DNA of 64,000 bases from a virus: the IMG/VR virus record IMGVR_UViG_3300028549_000688. One strand, 5' to 3'. Below the pieces are notes generated by a model. It was not told the DNA's origin, searched no databases, and was given only the letters and a program-made list of their open reading frames with translations. Made by a program: the position numbers and the translations under genes. Shown piece after piece: positions 26,984 through 36,200 of the stretch (the stretch's first letter is position 1; each line of letters begins with the position of its first letter).

Positions 26984-27160
26984 CTACTCGTCTTCGTCGT
27001 CAAAATCATCGCCAAAATCGGCGGAGTACTCAGCCTCAAGCTGCTCCCAGCGAGGATCACCGCGATAAATTACAGTCCCGTCGGTGAGAACGCAAGCATC
27101 TAGCCCTTCGGCCAGAACCATGTTCAATGACGCGGCCATTGCGCCGTCTTTTTCTGTCAT
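26984..27160 (-). CDS. 58-aa protein with extremely acidic C-terminal tail (DFGDDFDDEDE)
   Basis: My own translation; below the track cut-off. AGGAG SD 8 nt upstream of the ATG. Confidence 0.5.
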   Translation of the reverse strand: MTEKDGAMAASLNMVLAEGLDACVLTDGTVIYRGDPRWEQLEAEYSADFGDDFDDEDE

Positions 27161-27179
27161 GTCATTCGCTCCTGTCTGA

Positions 27180-27632
27180 TTAACAGCCGGCTCGTTGCGG
27201 CATATTCCAAATATCTATATCGCACCCGCAGGTCAGACACTTCGGGCAAATTATTCCGCCGCAATCCCCGCACTGAAAATAGTGAGCCTGCAACTGCACG
27301 CCGCACCTTGCACATTTCGGCGTTCGCCTGCCGTTAAATAAGCCGACAAGTACCTTTTTGTTTTCTTTGCCAACCACTGCTGCAAACCGCGTCGGAGTTG
27401 TTCGCAGCAACTCACCCTCATGCTCCACACTCACATCTTCGATCGCCGTTTGCAAAGCGCGTTTAACTGTGATGTAGTCTCCGACTATCTCGAACGCCTT
27501 TTTCTTATCGCCATCTTTGTGAAACAGAACACCGCGCACCAGCTCACCCTCGCGTCTTGTGACTGCCTCAAAATCGCATAATCTTTTGGATGAATGCGTA
27601 AAGTTCTTAGGCACGTCGTCAAAGTTGTCCAT
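27180..27632 (-). CDS. 150-aa protein with C-terminal 8-Cys double zinc-ribbon
   Basis: GGAGGG SD. CARCG-x10-CGDCGGIICPKCLTCGC. Low-GC codon usage. Confidence 0.6.
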   Translation of the reverse strand: MDNFDDVPKNFTHSSKRLCDFEAVTRREGELVRGVLFHKDGDKKKAFEIVGDYITVKRALQTAIEDVSVEHEGELLRTTPTRFAAVVGKENKKVLVGLFNGRRTPKCARCGVQLQAHYFQCGDCGGIICPKCLTCGCDIDIWNMPQRAGC

Positions 27633-27653
27633 CTCACCACCATCCCTCCAAAG

Positions 27654-27685
27654 TTATTGTGCCGAACATTCTACGCGCGCAATAA
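27654..27685. promoter_or_regulatory. imperfect palindrome TTATTGTGC-N14-GCGCAATAA in a divergent intergenic region
   Basis: Read directly. Lies between the divergently oriented 27632(-) and 27719(+) starts. Confidence 0.35.
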
Positions 27686-27718
27686 TGAGCACCCCGCACT
27701 GCGAACCGAGGCGAATCT

Positions 27719-28015
27719 ATGACACCCACCGAACACGAAACGTATGCGCTAAAGATGCGAGCGCTCGCTCTACAAACACTTGTAGACTGGAACGCTGATC
27801 TCTGGCACGAGCTGGGCATGCAGTCTGAATCTGCTGCTCGATCTGAGTTCTTGTCGGCAATGAGGAAAAAGCTACTGATTGCACGAGCTGACTACCAAGA
27901 GATAACTCTTCAGGGCGTGCACCCCGTTGAGTCTGACTTGCGTGCGGCTTTGTTTCAGGAAGCATTTGATTTGGCCTCAGAGAAGATGATGAAAATAATC
28001 GAGCACGGTCTCTGA
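27719..28015 (+). CDS. 98-aa all-helical hypothetical protein; the only plus-strand gene inside the late arm
   Basis: GAGG SD. Its stop abuts the stop of the convergent 895-aa gene with 0 nt between. Confidence 0.6.
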   Translation: MTPTEHETYALKMRALALQTLVDWNADLWHELGMQSESAARSEFLSAMRKKLLIARADYQEITLQGVHPVESDLRAALFQEAFDLASEKMMKIIEHGL

Positions 28016-30703
28016 TTACTCCCCCGCATACTCAACAGCCAAACCGTTGATACCAGCCACTGCTGCACCGGCCAGGTTCCCTGCGATGGTCGCTTGAGAT
28101 GTCGACAGCTGCGACAACAGCGTGGAGTAGCTCTTCTTGAGCTCAGCCTCAGCAATGAGCCGCTGCTGATCGATCTTGCCCTGCTCGATCTGTAGCCCCG
28201 TGGCGGCCTGGTAGTAAGCGATGTGTGCGCGGGCCTGGGCTTCCTCGGCGCTCATCTGCGCACCGAACTTGTCGAACACCTGCTTGTTCGCGGCGATGTT
28301 CGCTTGCACCACTGCCGACTCCGCGTCCACCCCGGCTTTGTACGCCCCCACCGAGGCCAAGTACTGCTGGGAGTTGGCCGAATTGCTGGTAGCTACAGCC
28401 TGAATCTCGGCCACCTTGGATTCGACAATTGCCTTGAACCCCTGCACCTCAGCGTTGAACGCCTGCACGCTACTGGCATACACCTGTGCTTTGGCCGTCT
28501 CACCGCTGATCTCGGCCATGTAGCCACGGTACTCTGCGTCCTTGGCTTGTACCTCGGCGTTGTATGCCTGCACTTGGGCCTGGAACAGTTCTACCTTGAG
28601 TTTCTCCAGCGAGGTCTTCGCTACCAGCGCTTCGATCCGCGCGCGGTACGCTGCCACCTGGGCCGACATACCTCCGATCTTGGCCTTGTACCCTTCCACG
28701 ATGTTCTGCCCCGCCTGGGCATTCACCCCCATGGCAGCAACCTCGGCTTTCATCACCTCGACCGGTGCCACCGCAGCCCTGATAGCCAGCTCGTACTGCT
28801 TCACTTCTTCTGCGTAGCTCTCAACGGCAACCTTGTCGCTCTGTACCGCTGCCTGATAGCCAGCGACCTCTGCCTGGAACCCCTCTATAGCTGCGCGGGC
28901 CACCTTCTGCTCGACCTCGAACACCTGCTGCTCGATGGCGAACACATCGCCCTTCACCTTCTCGCCCTGCACCTGTGCCTGCACGCCGCTGATCTGCGCC
29001 TTGTACGCCTCGATGGGCATCAGGTCCGACTCGACCTGTGTCTTGTACACCTGCGCCTGCACACCATACATCTGGGCCAGGGCCTGATCCCCCTGCACTT
29101 GTGCCTGCAGCGCCTGCACCTCAGTCTTGTACAGCTCCACTGGTGCCATGGCCGCACGGACCTGTGCTTCATATGCCTGCACACCTGACGTGAATATATC
29201 CACCTTCAGCTTGTCACCCTGTATCAGCGCCACCATGGCGTCGATTTCGGCCTTGAAGATGTCCACCCGCACCACACTTGCGCGCAGCAGTGACTCGTAC
29301 ACCTGTGCCTCGGTCTTGTAGGCATCCAGCTTGGCGGCGTAGTTCTTGACCTCCAGGTTGTAGGTCTCGACGAGGGCAGAGAGGATGGACTTGGAGTAAT
29401 CCAGCGCTTGCCCGTTGATAACCCCGAGGTTTTGCATGTAGCTCATGGCTGTGTTCAACAGCGTCGTGCGCAGCCCAATCGCCGCAGTCAGAATGAACTG
29501 GCGGTTCTTCTGCTCCATTTCGGCCTTCATCACCACGATCTCCGACGCTGCTCGCGCGTTGTTGTCAGCCCCAGCTTGCCGCGCCTGCTGCATGGCAGAC
29601 ATCATGGCACCGGTAGGTATGGTGAAGCCACGTGTCGCCGCGTCGTTAATCACCTGGTCGCGCACACGTCGCGCCTCAGCATCGTTCTTGCTCCGTGCCC
29701 GCGAATAAATTGCGTCCTCGACCTCGGGCTGAATGCCAGTGCCCTCTGGCCCGGGGTTCAGGTACTCGTCGAGCTTGAGCACAATCGCTGCAAACTGTTC
29801 CCGCCCACCTGGACAGGTAGTGTCGAGGAACGCGTCCAACTGCGCCTTAATGTTCGCGCTCATGGACGCAGAGGCTTGGCCATATTCCGTGGCTGCTGTC
29901 AGCGACAGACCTCTCGGTGCGTTGGTGAGGTCAACGGGTTTTAGTGCAGTGAACTCCGGCAGAATGATCTCTGGCGGCTCGGGCTCAGCCCGGTTGTCCA
30001 CCGTCGGTACCTCGCCGTAGAACGACGGGATGGACAGCGCCGGTGCCGTAGGCAGGGTGTGTGCTGTTATGTTCGGGGCGGGGTCATTGAATGCGCGGGC
30101 CGATACACTCGGCGCTGCGCCAACTGTCGGGGTGGTGATTGACGGCGCGTTGCCGGAGAACGTGACAGGCGTGTATCCCTTGAACACCGGAGCAGCACCC
30201 GCGTTCAGTGCTGCTACCTGGCCCGCGAAACCCGGGTCAGTTACGTGTACGGCGGTATATGTGCCCACCGGCGGCAGCGGGTCGGGCACCCCAGGCTCCA
30301 GCGAGGGTGGCGGCGGCTCAGCAAAACTGGTCTGCACGACAGGTGCGCGTTCTGTAAAGCTCTGTAGTTCATCAGGTACTGTGCCCCATGTCAATGTCGG
30401 TGCGGTACCGTAAGAGGGGGTTGGTGCAGCGCCCGCTGCCACATCAGGGACAGGCTGTAAGGCCTCAGGTGCCTCAGGAGCACCCGGGAAGGAGGGGTTC
30501 ACCGGTGACACTGACGGTAGCGGCGATAAAGCGCCGGGTACGTAGGGTGCTGGCCCGCCGCCCACGTTGGCCGTGCCGATCAGGGTGCCCCACCCCGCCC
30601 AGTCTACTGAGTCGATGGCGTTCTCAATAGATGCCTGCGCGCTATCGTGCATGGCCTGCGCATAGGTCCTCGCCTGAGATATTAGGTCAGCTGCTTGGGT
30701 CAT
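28016..30703 (-). CDS. 895-aa virion/ejection protein with Pro-rich N-terminus and a long heptad-phased repeat region
   Basis: About 13 tandem 21-residue units (aa ~481-770), alternating A and B types. Directly abuts the neighbouring genes. Confidence 0.65.
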   Translation of the reverse strand: MTQAADLISQARTYAQAMHDSAQASIENAIDSVDWAGWGTLIGTANVGGGPAPYVPGALSPLPSVSPVNPSFPGAPEAPEALQPVPDVAAGAAPTPSYGTAPTLTWGTVPDELQSFTERAPVVQTSFAEPPPPSLEPGVPDPLPPVGTYTAVHVTDPGFAGQVAALNAGAAPVFKGYTPVTFSGNAPSITTPTVGAAPSVSARAFNDPAPNITAHTLPTAPALSIPSFYGEVPTVDNRAEPEPPEIILPEFTALKPVDLTNAPRGLSLTAATEYGQASASMSANIKAQLDAFLDTTCPGGREQFAAIVLKLDEYLNPGPEGTGIQPEVEDAIYSRARSKNDAEARRVRDQVINDAATRGFTIPTGAMMSAMQQARQAGADNNARAASEIVVMKAEMEQKNRQFILTAAIGLRTTLLNTAMSYMQNLGVINGQALDYSKSILSALVETYNLEVKNYAAKLDAYKTEAQVYESLLRASVVRVDIFKAEIDAMVALIQGDKLKVDIFTSGVQAYEAQVRAAMAPVELYKTEVQALQAQVQGDQALAQMYGVQAQVYKTQVESDLMPIEAYKAQISGVQAQVQGEKVKGDVFAIEQQVFEVEQKVARAAIEGFQAEVAGYQAAVQSDKVAVESYAEEVKQYELAIRAAVAPVEVMKAEVAAMGVNAQAGQNIVEGYKAKIGGMSAQVAAYRARIEALVAKTSLEKLKVELFQAQVQAYNAEVQAKDAEYRGYMAEISGETAKAQVYASSVQAFNAEVQGFKAIVESKVAEIQAVATSNSANSQQYLASVGAYKAGVDAESAVVQANIAANKQVFDKFGAQMSAEEAQARAHIAYYQAATGLQIEQGKIDQQRLIAEAELKKSYSTLLSQLSTSQATIAGNLAGAAVAGINGLAVEYAGE

Positions 30704-32260
30704 TTAGATTCTCCGGGTCATGTTGTGGGTCTCAAGCTCGATGGTGTCGAGCTCGACGGTTCCTGTACCTGAGGCACCAAGTGCAAAGTAGCGCTCTTTG
30801 ACACCTTTGCCAAACACCTGGCGGTGATTCTGGGCCAGCGCGTCACGCGGCGTGCTGAAGCTGTAAGTGTTGGGGGTGTCCTCACCAGCGTGAAGCTGCA
30901 CTGTGCTGGCCGGTCCGAACCTGCCACCGAAATACGCAGCTGCCACGGTCTTTTTCACCGGGGTCTTGAAGTCGTCCATGGCGGTCTTCACTGCCCACGG
31001 TATCGCTGTTCCGTCATCAGTCGTACCTTCCAGGAGGTAAAGACCTGTGGAATTCGCCCCGTAGTAGCTGTTCTTGTAACGCACCACATGCGTGAACGGG
31101 AAGTTCGTGTAGTGCGTCACCTCGTCAATCGGCAGCTCCTGGTTCGTCACCCGTGGCCGGTGGCCCAGGTTCACTGCATACGCCTCGTAGGTGGCGGTAA
31201 CGACAGCAGAGCCGATGGCCGTGAGCCGTGCGCTCGGCGCGGTGAGCCATGCCTGCGCCTGTACGCCAAGGCGCGGGCTCGGTGCGACGAGGCTCGCACC
31301 TCCGTGGTTCTGTGCGGTGGCTTCTGAGGTCAACTCGAACAGCGGGCAGGTGGCTTGTACTGATGCAACCCCGCCCGTGGTGCCGGTAGCGGTGAGAGTG
31401 GCGCTGCCGACTGTGACGCTGCACACCGCGCCGCCGTAGCCGACGAGCTTCGCCCGGGTCGTGACAGACAGCGCTACGTCGGCCAGCCCACCGCCAAGCA
31501 CTTCGGCAGCAAGCGTCGGCGTGGGCGGCTGCAGGCTGACAGTCGCGCCGGTATGTGCCGAGAGCGTGGGTGCAGCAGGCTTCACCGACGCACTCGCTAC
31601 TGATCCTATCGTGACGTGGGCCGAGAGCGAGGGCTTGGTCGTGGTACGCAGCTGCGCTGCTGCACCTGTGTAGCTGACCAACGTCGGGCTGTCGGTCAGG
31701 GTTAGGTCAGCGGTCGCCATGATGGTGACCGTGCCGGTAGCACTGAGCGTGGGTTTCGGGGGCTTGAGCTTGGCGGTCGCCATGATGGTGACCGTGCCTG
31801 AGGTGCTCAGGGTTGGACTCGGCGCAGTCGGGCTATTGGCATTCGCGCCGGTGTAGAAGCTCAGGACAGGGCTCGGCGCTGTCAGGTGCGCGGCTTGCCA
31901 GCCGGTGGAGTCCTTGGCTGTGGCGCGTAGGGTTGGGCGAGGGGCGGTGGCTGAGGCTGAGCCGCCAGTAGTGATAGCGAGTGTCGGCGCGGGCGGGGCC
32001 ACTACGCATACCACCCCCGAGAATGCGGAAACCTGTGGTGGTGGGGGCGTAAGGTTCGCGCGCAGCACCGCAGCATCACAAGCGAATAGCGACCCGATAG
32101 GGCACGCAAGTTCAGCGGATGCGTGGTAGCTCGATGCACTCGCAGAGACTGATAGCGATGGCGATGGACAGGTTAGTGCAGCCAGGGCATATATGGTGAT
32201 TACCCCGTCAGCGGGGGACGCGCCGATAGGCGCGCTTCCGATAGGTGATGCACCGATCAT
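30704..32260 (-). CDS. 518-aa structural protein with about 12 P-x-P-(T/S)-L-(S/T/A) repeats and a globular C-terminal domain
   Basis: ATG 32260 lies just after the upstream stop. The N-terminal part of ORF ..32515 overlaps the upstream gene and is R/H/G-rich. Confidence 0.6.
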   Translation of the reverse strand: MIGASPIGSAPIGASPADGVITIYALAALTCPSPSLSVSASASSYHASAELACPIGSLFACDAAVLRANLTPPPPQVSAFSGVVCVVAPPAPTLAITTGGSASATAPRPTLRATAKDSTGWQAAHLTAPSPVLSFYTGANANSPTAPSPTLSTSGTVTIMATAKLKPPKPTLSATGTVTIMATADLTLTDSPTLVSYTGAAAQLRTTTKPSLSAHVTIGSVASASVKPAAPTLSAHTGATVSLQPPTPTLAAEVLGGGLADVALSVTTRAKLVGYGGAVCSVTVGSATLTATGTTGGVASVQATCPLFELTSEATAQNHGGASLVAPSPRLGVQAQAWLTAPSARLTAIGSAVVTATYEAYAVNLGHRPRVTNQELPIDEVTHYTNFPFTHVVRYKNSYYGANSTGLYLLEGTTDDGTAIPWAVKTAMDDFKTPVKKTVAAAYFGGRFGPASTVQLHAGEDTPNTYSFSTPRDALAQNHRQVFGKGVKERYFALGASGTGTVELDTIELETHNMTRRI

Positions 32261-32268
32261 GGTCTGCC

Positions 32269-33291
32269 CTAGTGTGCCTTGTATGCGATCTTGGTGACGT
32301 GCAGATAGCCTGAGAGCTTTAGCCCAGCTACTGCTGCCACGGTGGCCTGAAGCCTCATGCCACTCAGAGCTAGCCCGAGCGAGATATTGTTTGCCCCCTG
32401 GGCCATAACCGTCTGGGTTAACGTCCCGCCAGTGACCCACTCGACTTTCACCACCTTGTCGTCCGCTGTGTCGGTTGCTCTGGCTACGATGATGCCCTGT
32501 ACGTGTATGACCCACGACGCCCCGCTTGCCGGGTAGTATGGTTCCAGGGTCTTAAGGTCGGCTATGTTCGCGAGGAGATAGGCGTAGTTGGTGGTGTCGT
32601 ACCCAGCAACTGCCTGGAATGTAAATGTCCCACCCTCGCTAGGGTCGGCAGTCATGATAGGAACACCACTCATGTGTGGAACCGACGCATTACCGAGGGC
32701 CACCTCCCCTGCTGCCGAGCTGCTGGCGCGGTAGCCTATAGCGGTGCTGCCCGCCGTAGATATGTTGTTGTATGACTCATCCATGAACTGGGCGGTGCTC
32801 GCCCCGAACCCGACCGCCGTCGTCTCTGCCGCCCCCGCGTAGCCCCCGACGGAAACACTGTGCGGGCTGTCAGCGAGCACCGACCCGGCGAGTGTCAGAC
32901 TGTCAGCTGATCCCGTGCCGATGTTTGCGCCCTTCCCTATCGCGATCCCCCTCACTGACTCTATCAGCGGGGCAGGGCCAGGACTGCCCATGTGGGTGTC
33001 GGACACGTAATTATGTGCGGGGACGATCAGGCTGCACGATATGTCCGTACCGGTCGGGACGCCTACCCCGCCCGACTCAGATGTTTGGAACCTGTCAGAA
33101 ACGTCCGTTGCGTCCGGGTCATAAGCCACTATTATCCACCCGTCCCCCGCTATCGTCTCTAGCAGACAGTAATACACCCCGTACCCGGAGCTGAGTGGCG
33201 ACGTGACATATCCGGCAAACGCGGCACCTGGGGTGATTACCCCGTCGGTGCCGAGGGTGGCGTGAAACTTTGCTCTTGATACGTATTCCAT
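32269..33291 (-). CDS. 340-aa virion protein (function unknown)
   Basis: GGAG SD. G/A/S/T-rich, beta-type composition typical of tail proteins. Confidence 0.6.
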   Translation of the reverse strand: MEYVSRAKFHATLGTDGVITPGAAFAGYVTSPLSSGYGVYYCLLETIAGDGWIIVAYDPDATDVSDRFQTSESGGVGVPTGTDISCSLIVPAHNYVSDTHMGSPGPAPLIESVRGIAIGKGANIGTGSADSLTLAGSVLADSPHSVSVGGYAGAAETTAVGFGASTAQFMDESYNNISTAGSTAIGYRASSSAAGEVALGNASVPHMSGVPIMTADPSEGGTFTFQAVAGYDTTNYAYLLANIADLKTLEPYYPASGASWVIHVQGIIVARATDTADDKVVKVEWVTGGTLTQTVMAQGANNISLGLALSGMRLQATVAAVAGLKLSGYLHVTKIAYKAH

Positions 33292-33296
33292 ATTGA

Positions 33297-36200
33297 TTAC
33301 TCCGGTTTAAACTTCTGGCCTGTCAGTACTTTTTCCTGCGGGACGCTGTAAGTGAAGATGCCATTGGCGCCAAACCTTCCAACGCCCTTTGGCGCGTCGG
33401 CTTCTGACACATCGACTGGCATGGTGATCGGGTCGGCAGTCCTCCTGAACGCCTGATTCAGGGTATCGGCGTGTGACGTGTAGTTTTTGTTGATCTTTAT
33501 GATGTCGAAAACTCCGCCCTTGCCCGCAATCGGCGTGGTCTTTGGGCTAGAGAACTGTGCTGATCGCGCGTCAAAGTAGACCGCGTAGTCCCCCTCAGGT
33601 GTGAACGAGAAGGTTGTTTCGTATTGGGCGGACGTAACAAGCGGGAGAAACTTCAGCGCCATTAGCTTGCGGTGCTCAGGGGTAGCCGCGTAGTCTTCAC
33701 GCATCGTCGGGTAGGGGATAAGGACGCTGCTGAACTGTGCGTATTCGTTAGTCTGATAGAGGGTTAGGTCGTGTGCGTATGCCTCCGGGACGACGTGCGT
33801 AGCAACCACACTGCTTGACTTCGTGATCTTCGATTCGATCCTCGCACCACCCAACTGGAAGTCTGGTTTGATTGATGTGAGTGGGTCAGGCCCGAGGCTT
33901 TGGATGTAACCGAACTCGCCCGCAAGGCGCTTACCGCTACTACCGGCGACTACCCCTGAAGTAATGCGGCGTGTCCATGAGGTAAACTCGGAATACGAAA
34001 GGCTGTAGTCAATGACGGTTATGTCGCCTGTCATGTCGGTGTCTGGCGTCAGCTCAGACAGATCGCACCCGCCATCCGCATAGCCAGAATAAACGCTGTG
34101 CCCATAGTCAATGGTTTTGAGCGGCTCGCCGGGTATACGCAGCTCGAACCTTGGGAGTATTGTGTGCGTTGTAGTAAACGCAGCACCTCCAGGTTCACTG
34201 TCTCGAAGTTGCTTGAAGCTGCGTTCTGCGCGGTAGTATGTTGCCGTTATGAATGATAGATACCTGAGGTCGTGCGCGACAATCGTCGCCAAGAATAATA
34301 AGGGAATCGTTAGCAGAAGTTGCCCCGGGCCGGAAATATCGGATATGCCCTTTGACCTAACTGTTGCCTGCACCGCCAAGCACAGCGTTAGCACTGTGTC
34401 GCCGGTTGTCTCGTTTTTGACGTTGTAGAAAGCGTTTGCAGCCCTGCTCGCGGGCCAAAGTTGGTCGATCCCTTCGTCGACACCGACGTACCCTCGCCCC
34501 ATAACTATGATATTGGAGGATAGTAGGGCGTCATCTTCAGGTAGGTTCTGGATAACGAGTGAGTTGGACGTTTTCTTTTCTCGCGGCGTACTGACGTAAT
34601 ATGCCGCGTCTGCATAAACCTTCTTTGATTGGCTAAAAAAGTCCGACTGGATGACCTTTACTTTAGGATCAATGATTTCTTTCCCGTTGTCGTCGTGGGT
34701 GACAGTTGCGCTTATACTGACTTCGACGAGCCCAGGGGTCACAACCATAACGGGCTCTGCCTTGTACTTCTCGGCGAGCTCCCTAAATCCGTCGCCGGGG
34801 GTTATAACGAGCGAACATGGGTTACTGGTGAGCTCTCTAGTGCCACTATAATACTGCGATAGGTCAATGCTCGACATCAGATGGAATGCCGTGCCGACCT
34901 TTGCAAACAAAACAAAGCCTTCAGGGCTAGGATCCTCGTTCATTCGGATCATGTACGACGGTTTGGTGTCATTCAGTAGTTGCCACTTAGCTACAAAATC
35001 TGCGTTCATTTCGGCGGTTGTTATCCGCAGACTGTACAAATCCCCTACAGACACTGCCGCCCCTTGTGCTTCCTCAAGTGACAGAAAAACATTAGACTCT
35101 TGCCACCCCGAGCCGTTGACACCTTCTGGATCGAACCAAACCTTTGCTGGGGCTGCATTTATAGGCGTGCTCACCGCCTTTGTCCCGTCCTTGTTGAACC
35201 GCCACAACCATGACAGGTTGGCGTGTGGCTTTCCCTCGTCAGGTAGTGTCACCCATGCGGGCATAGCTGGCTTGACCCGAACCCACTCGGTGCTCGGTAT
35301 GTTTCGGTACGATGCGGCCCCCTCTGCACCACCGAGCGAGTCAGTGGTAGGCGCATCATACTCACCTGCGTAGTTCCTGGCCGGGTAGAACATGAACCCG
35401 TTGTGAGTGTCGGTGACGACGATCAGACGTACATCTGCGCCGTTCTCATCTTTCACGGTGATCGTGGCGGCGCTTCTCCAGTGGATGTACTCCCCCGCCT
35501 TACCGGCACCAACATTCAACTTGCCATTCTTGTACTGTGCTGGTGGGATGTCGAAAGTATTCGCTAAATCATCTTCGCCAGCTGACACAGGACTAAGTCT
35601 TGACCCTAGTAAGTACCGCTGGTTGTCCTTTATGCGGGCGCGGTCATAGAGTGTGTACCCCCCGGCGCTCGACATGAGATTAATATCGTCTGTGACAGTA
35701 CCAAACTCGCCTTGCCTCCAGCATTGCGGGGGTGATGTGACCCGGGTGTCAGTCCACGCGAATGGATAAGTCGATGAGAACCCAGATGCTAGGCCGTCTG
35801 TACTCCAGAACAATCCGTCGATCTGGGTTGCCCCGTCCCCAGCCCCAACAGAGGGGGGGATATTTTGGGTGATTTCTTTTGGTACAGTACCAAACGAGAA
35901 ATGGCTTATTTTGTATGGCACGCCGATGGCACTCAAGTGAAATGTGCCGTGCCCGTTAAATGGTGTTATCGTGGACGCACCCGGGCCGAATGGCCTGCAT
36001 GACGTGAGCAGATTGGTTTTCTTGTTGTCGTGGTAGCTGTGATAAGACCCGAAATGCTCGCTTGGCTGTGAGAATGTCGTAAGAAAGTTTTCGCTCCCAG
36101 CTCTTCCGCCCATGTAAATCTGGTTTGAGGCCCACCAACGTCTGTCCCTAAGCGTCCATTTAGGGTCTGCTTCATCTGGCGGATAGATTGATGACCACAG

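Noticed and set aside
16366-30630. Many long plus-strand ORFs opposite the giant virion genes, for example 18226-19281, 20548-21219, 21343-22203, 22777-24036, 25309-26307 and 28223-29188.
   Set aside because: These are GC-driven shadow ORFs with Arg/His/Leu/Gly-rich implausible sequences. They have no start context and overlap each other in several frames. The minus-strand frames are continuous, SD-preceded and tightly abutted.
28306-32170. CRISPR-like or satellite tandem DNA repeats.
   Set aside because: The periodicity is at the protein level, inside long ORFs. The DNA units are diverged, with no spacer/repeat alternation and no cas genes.
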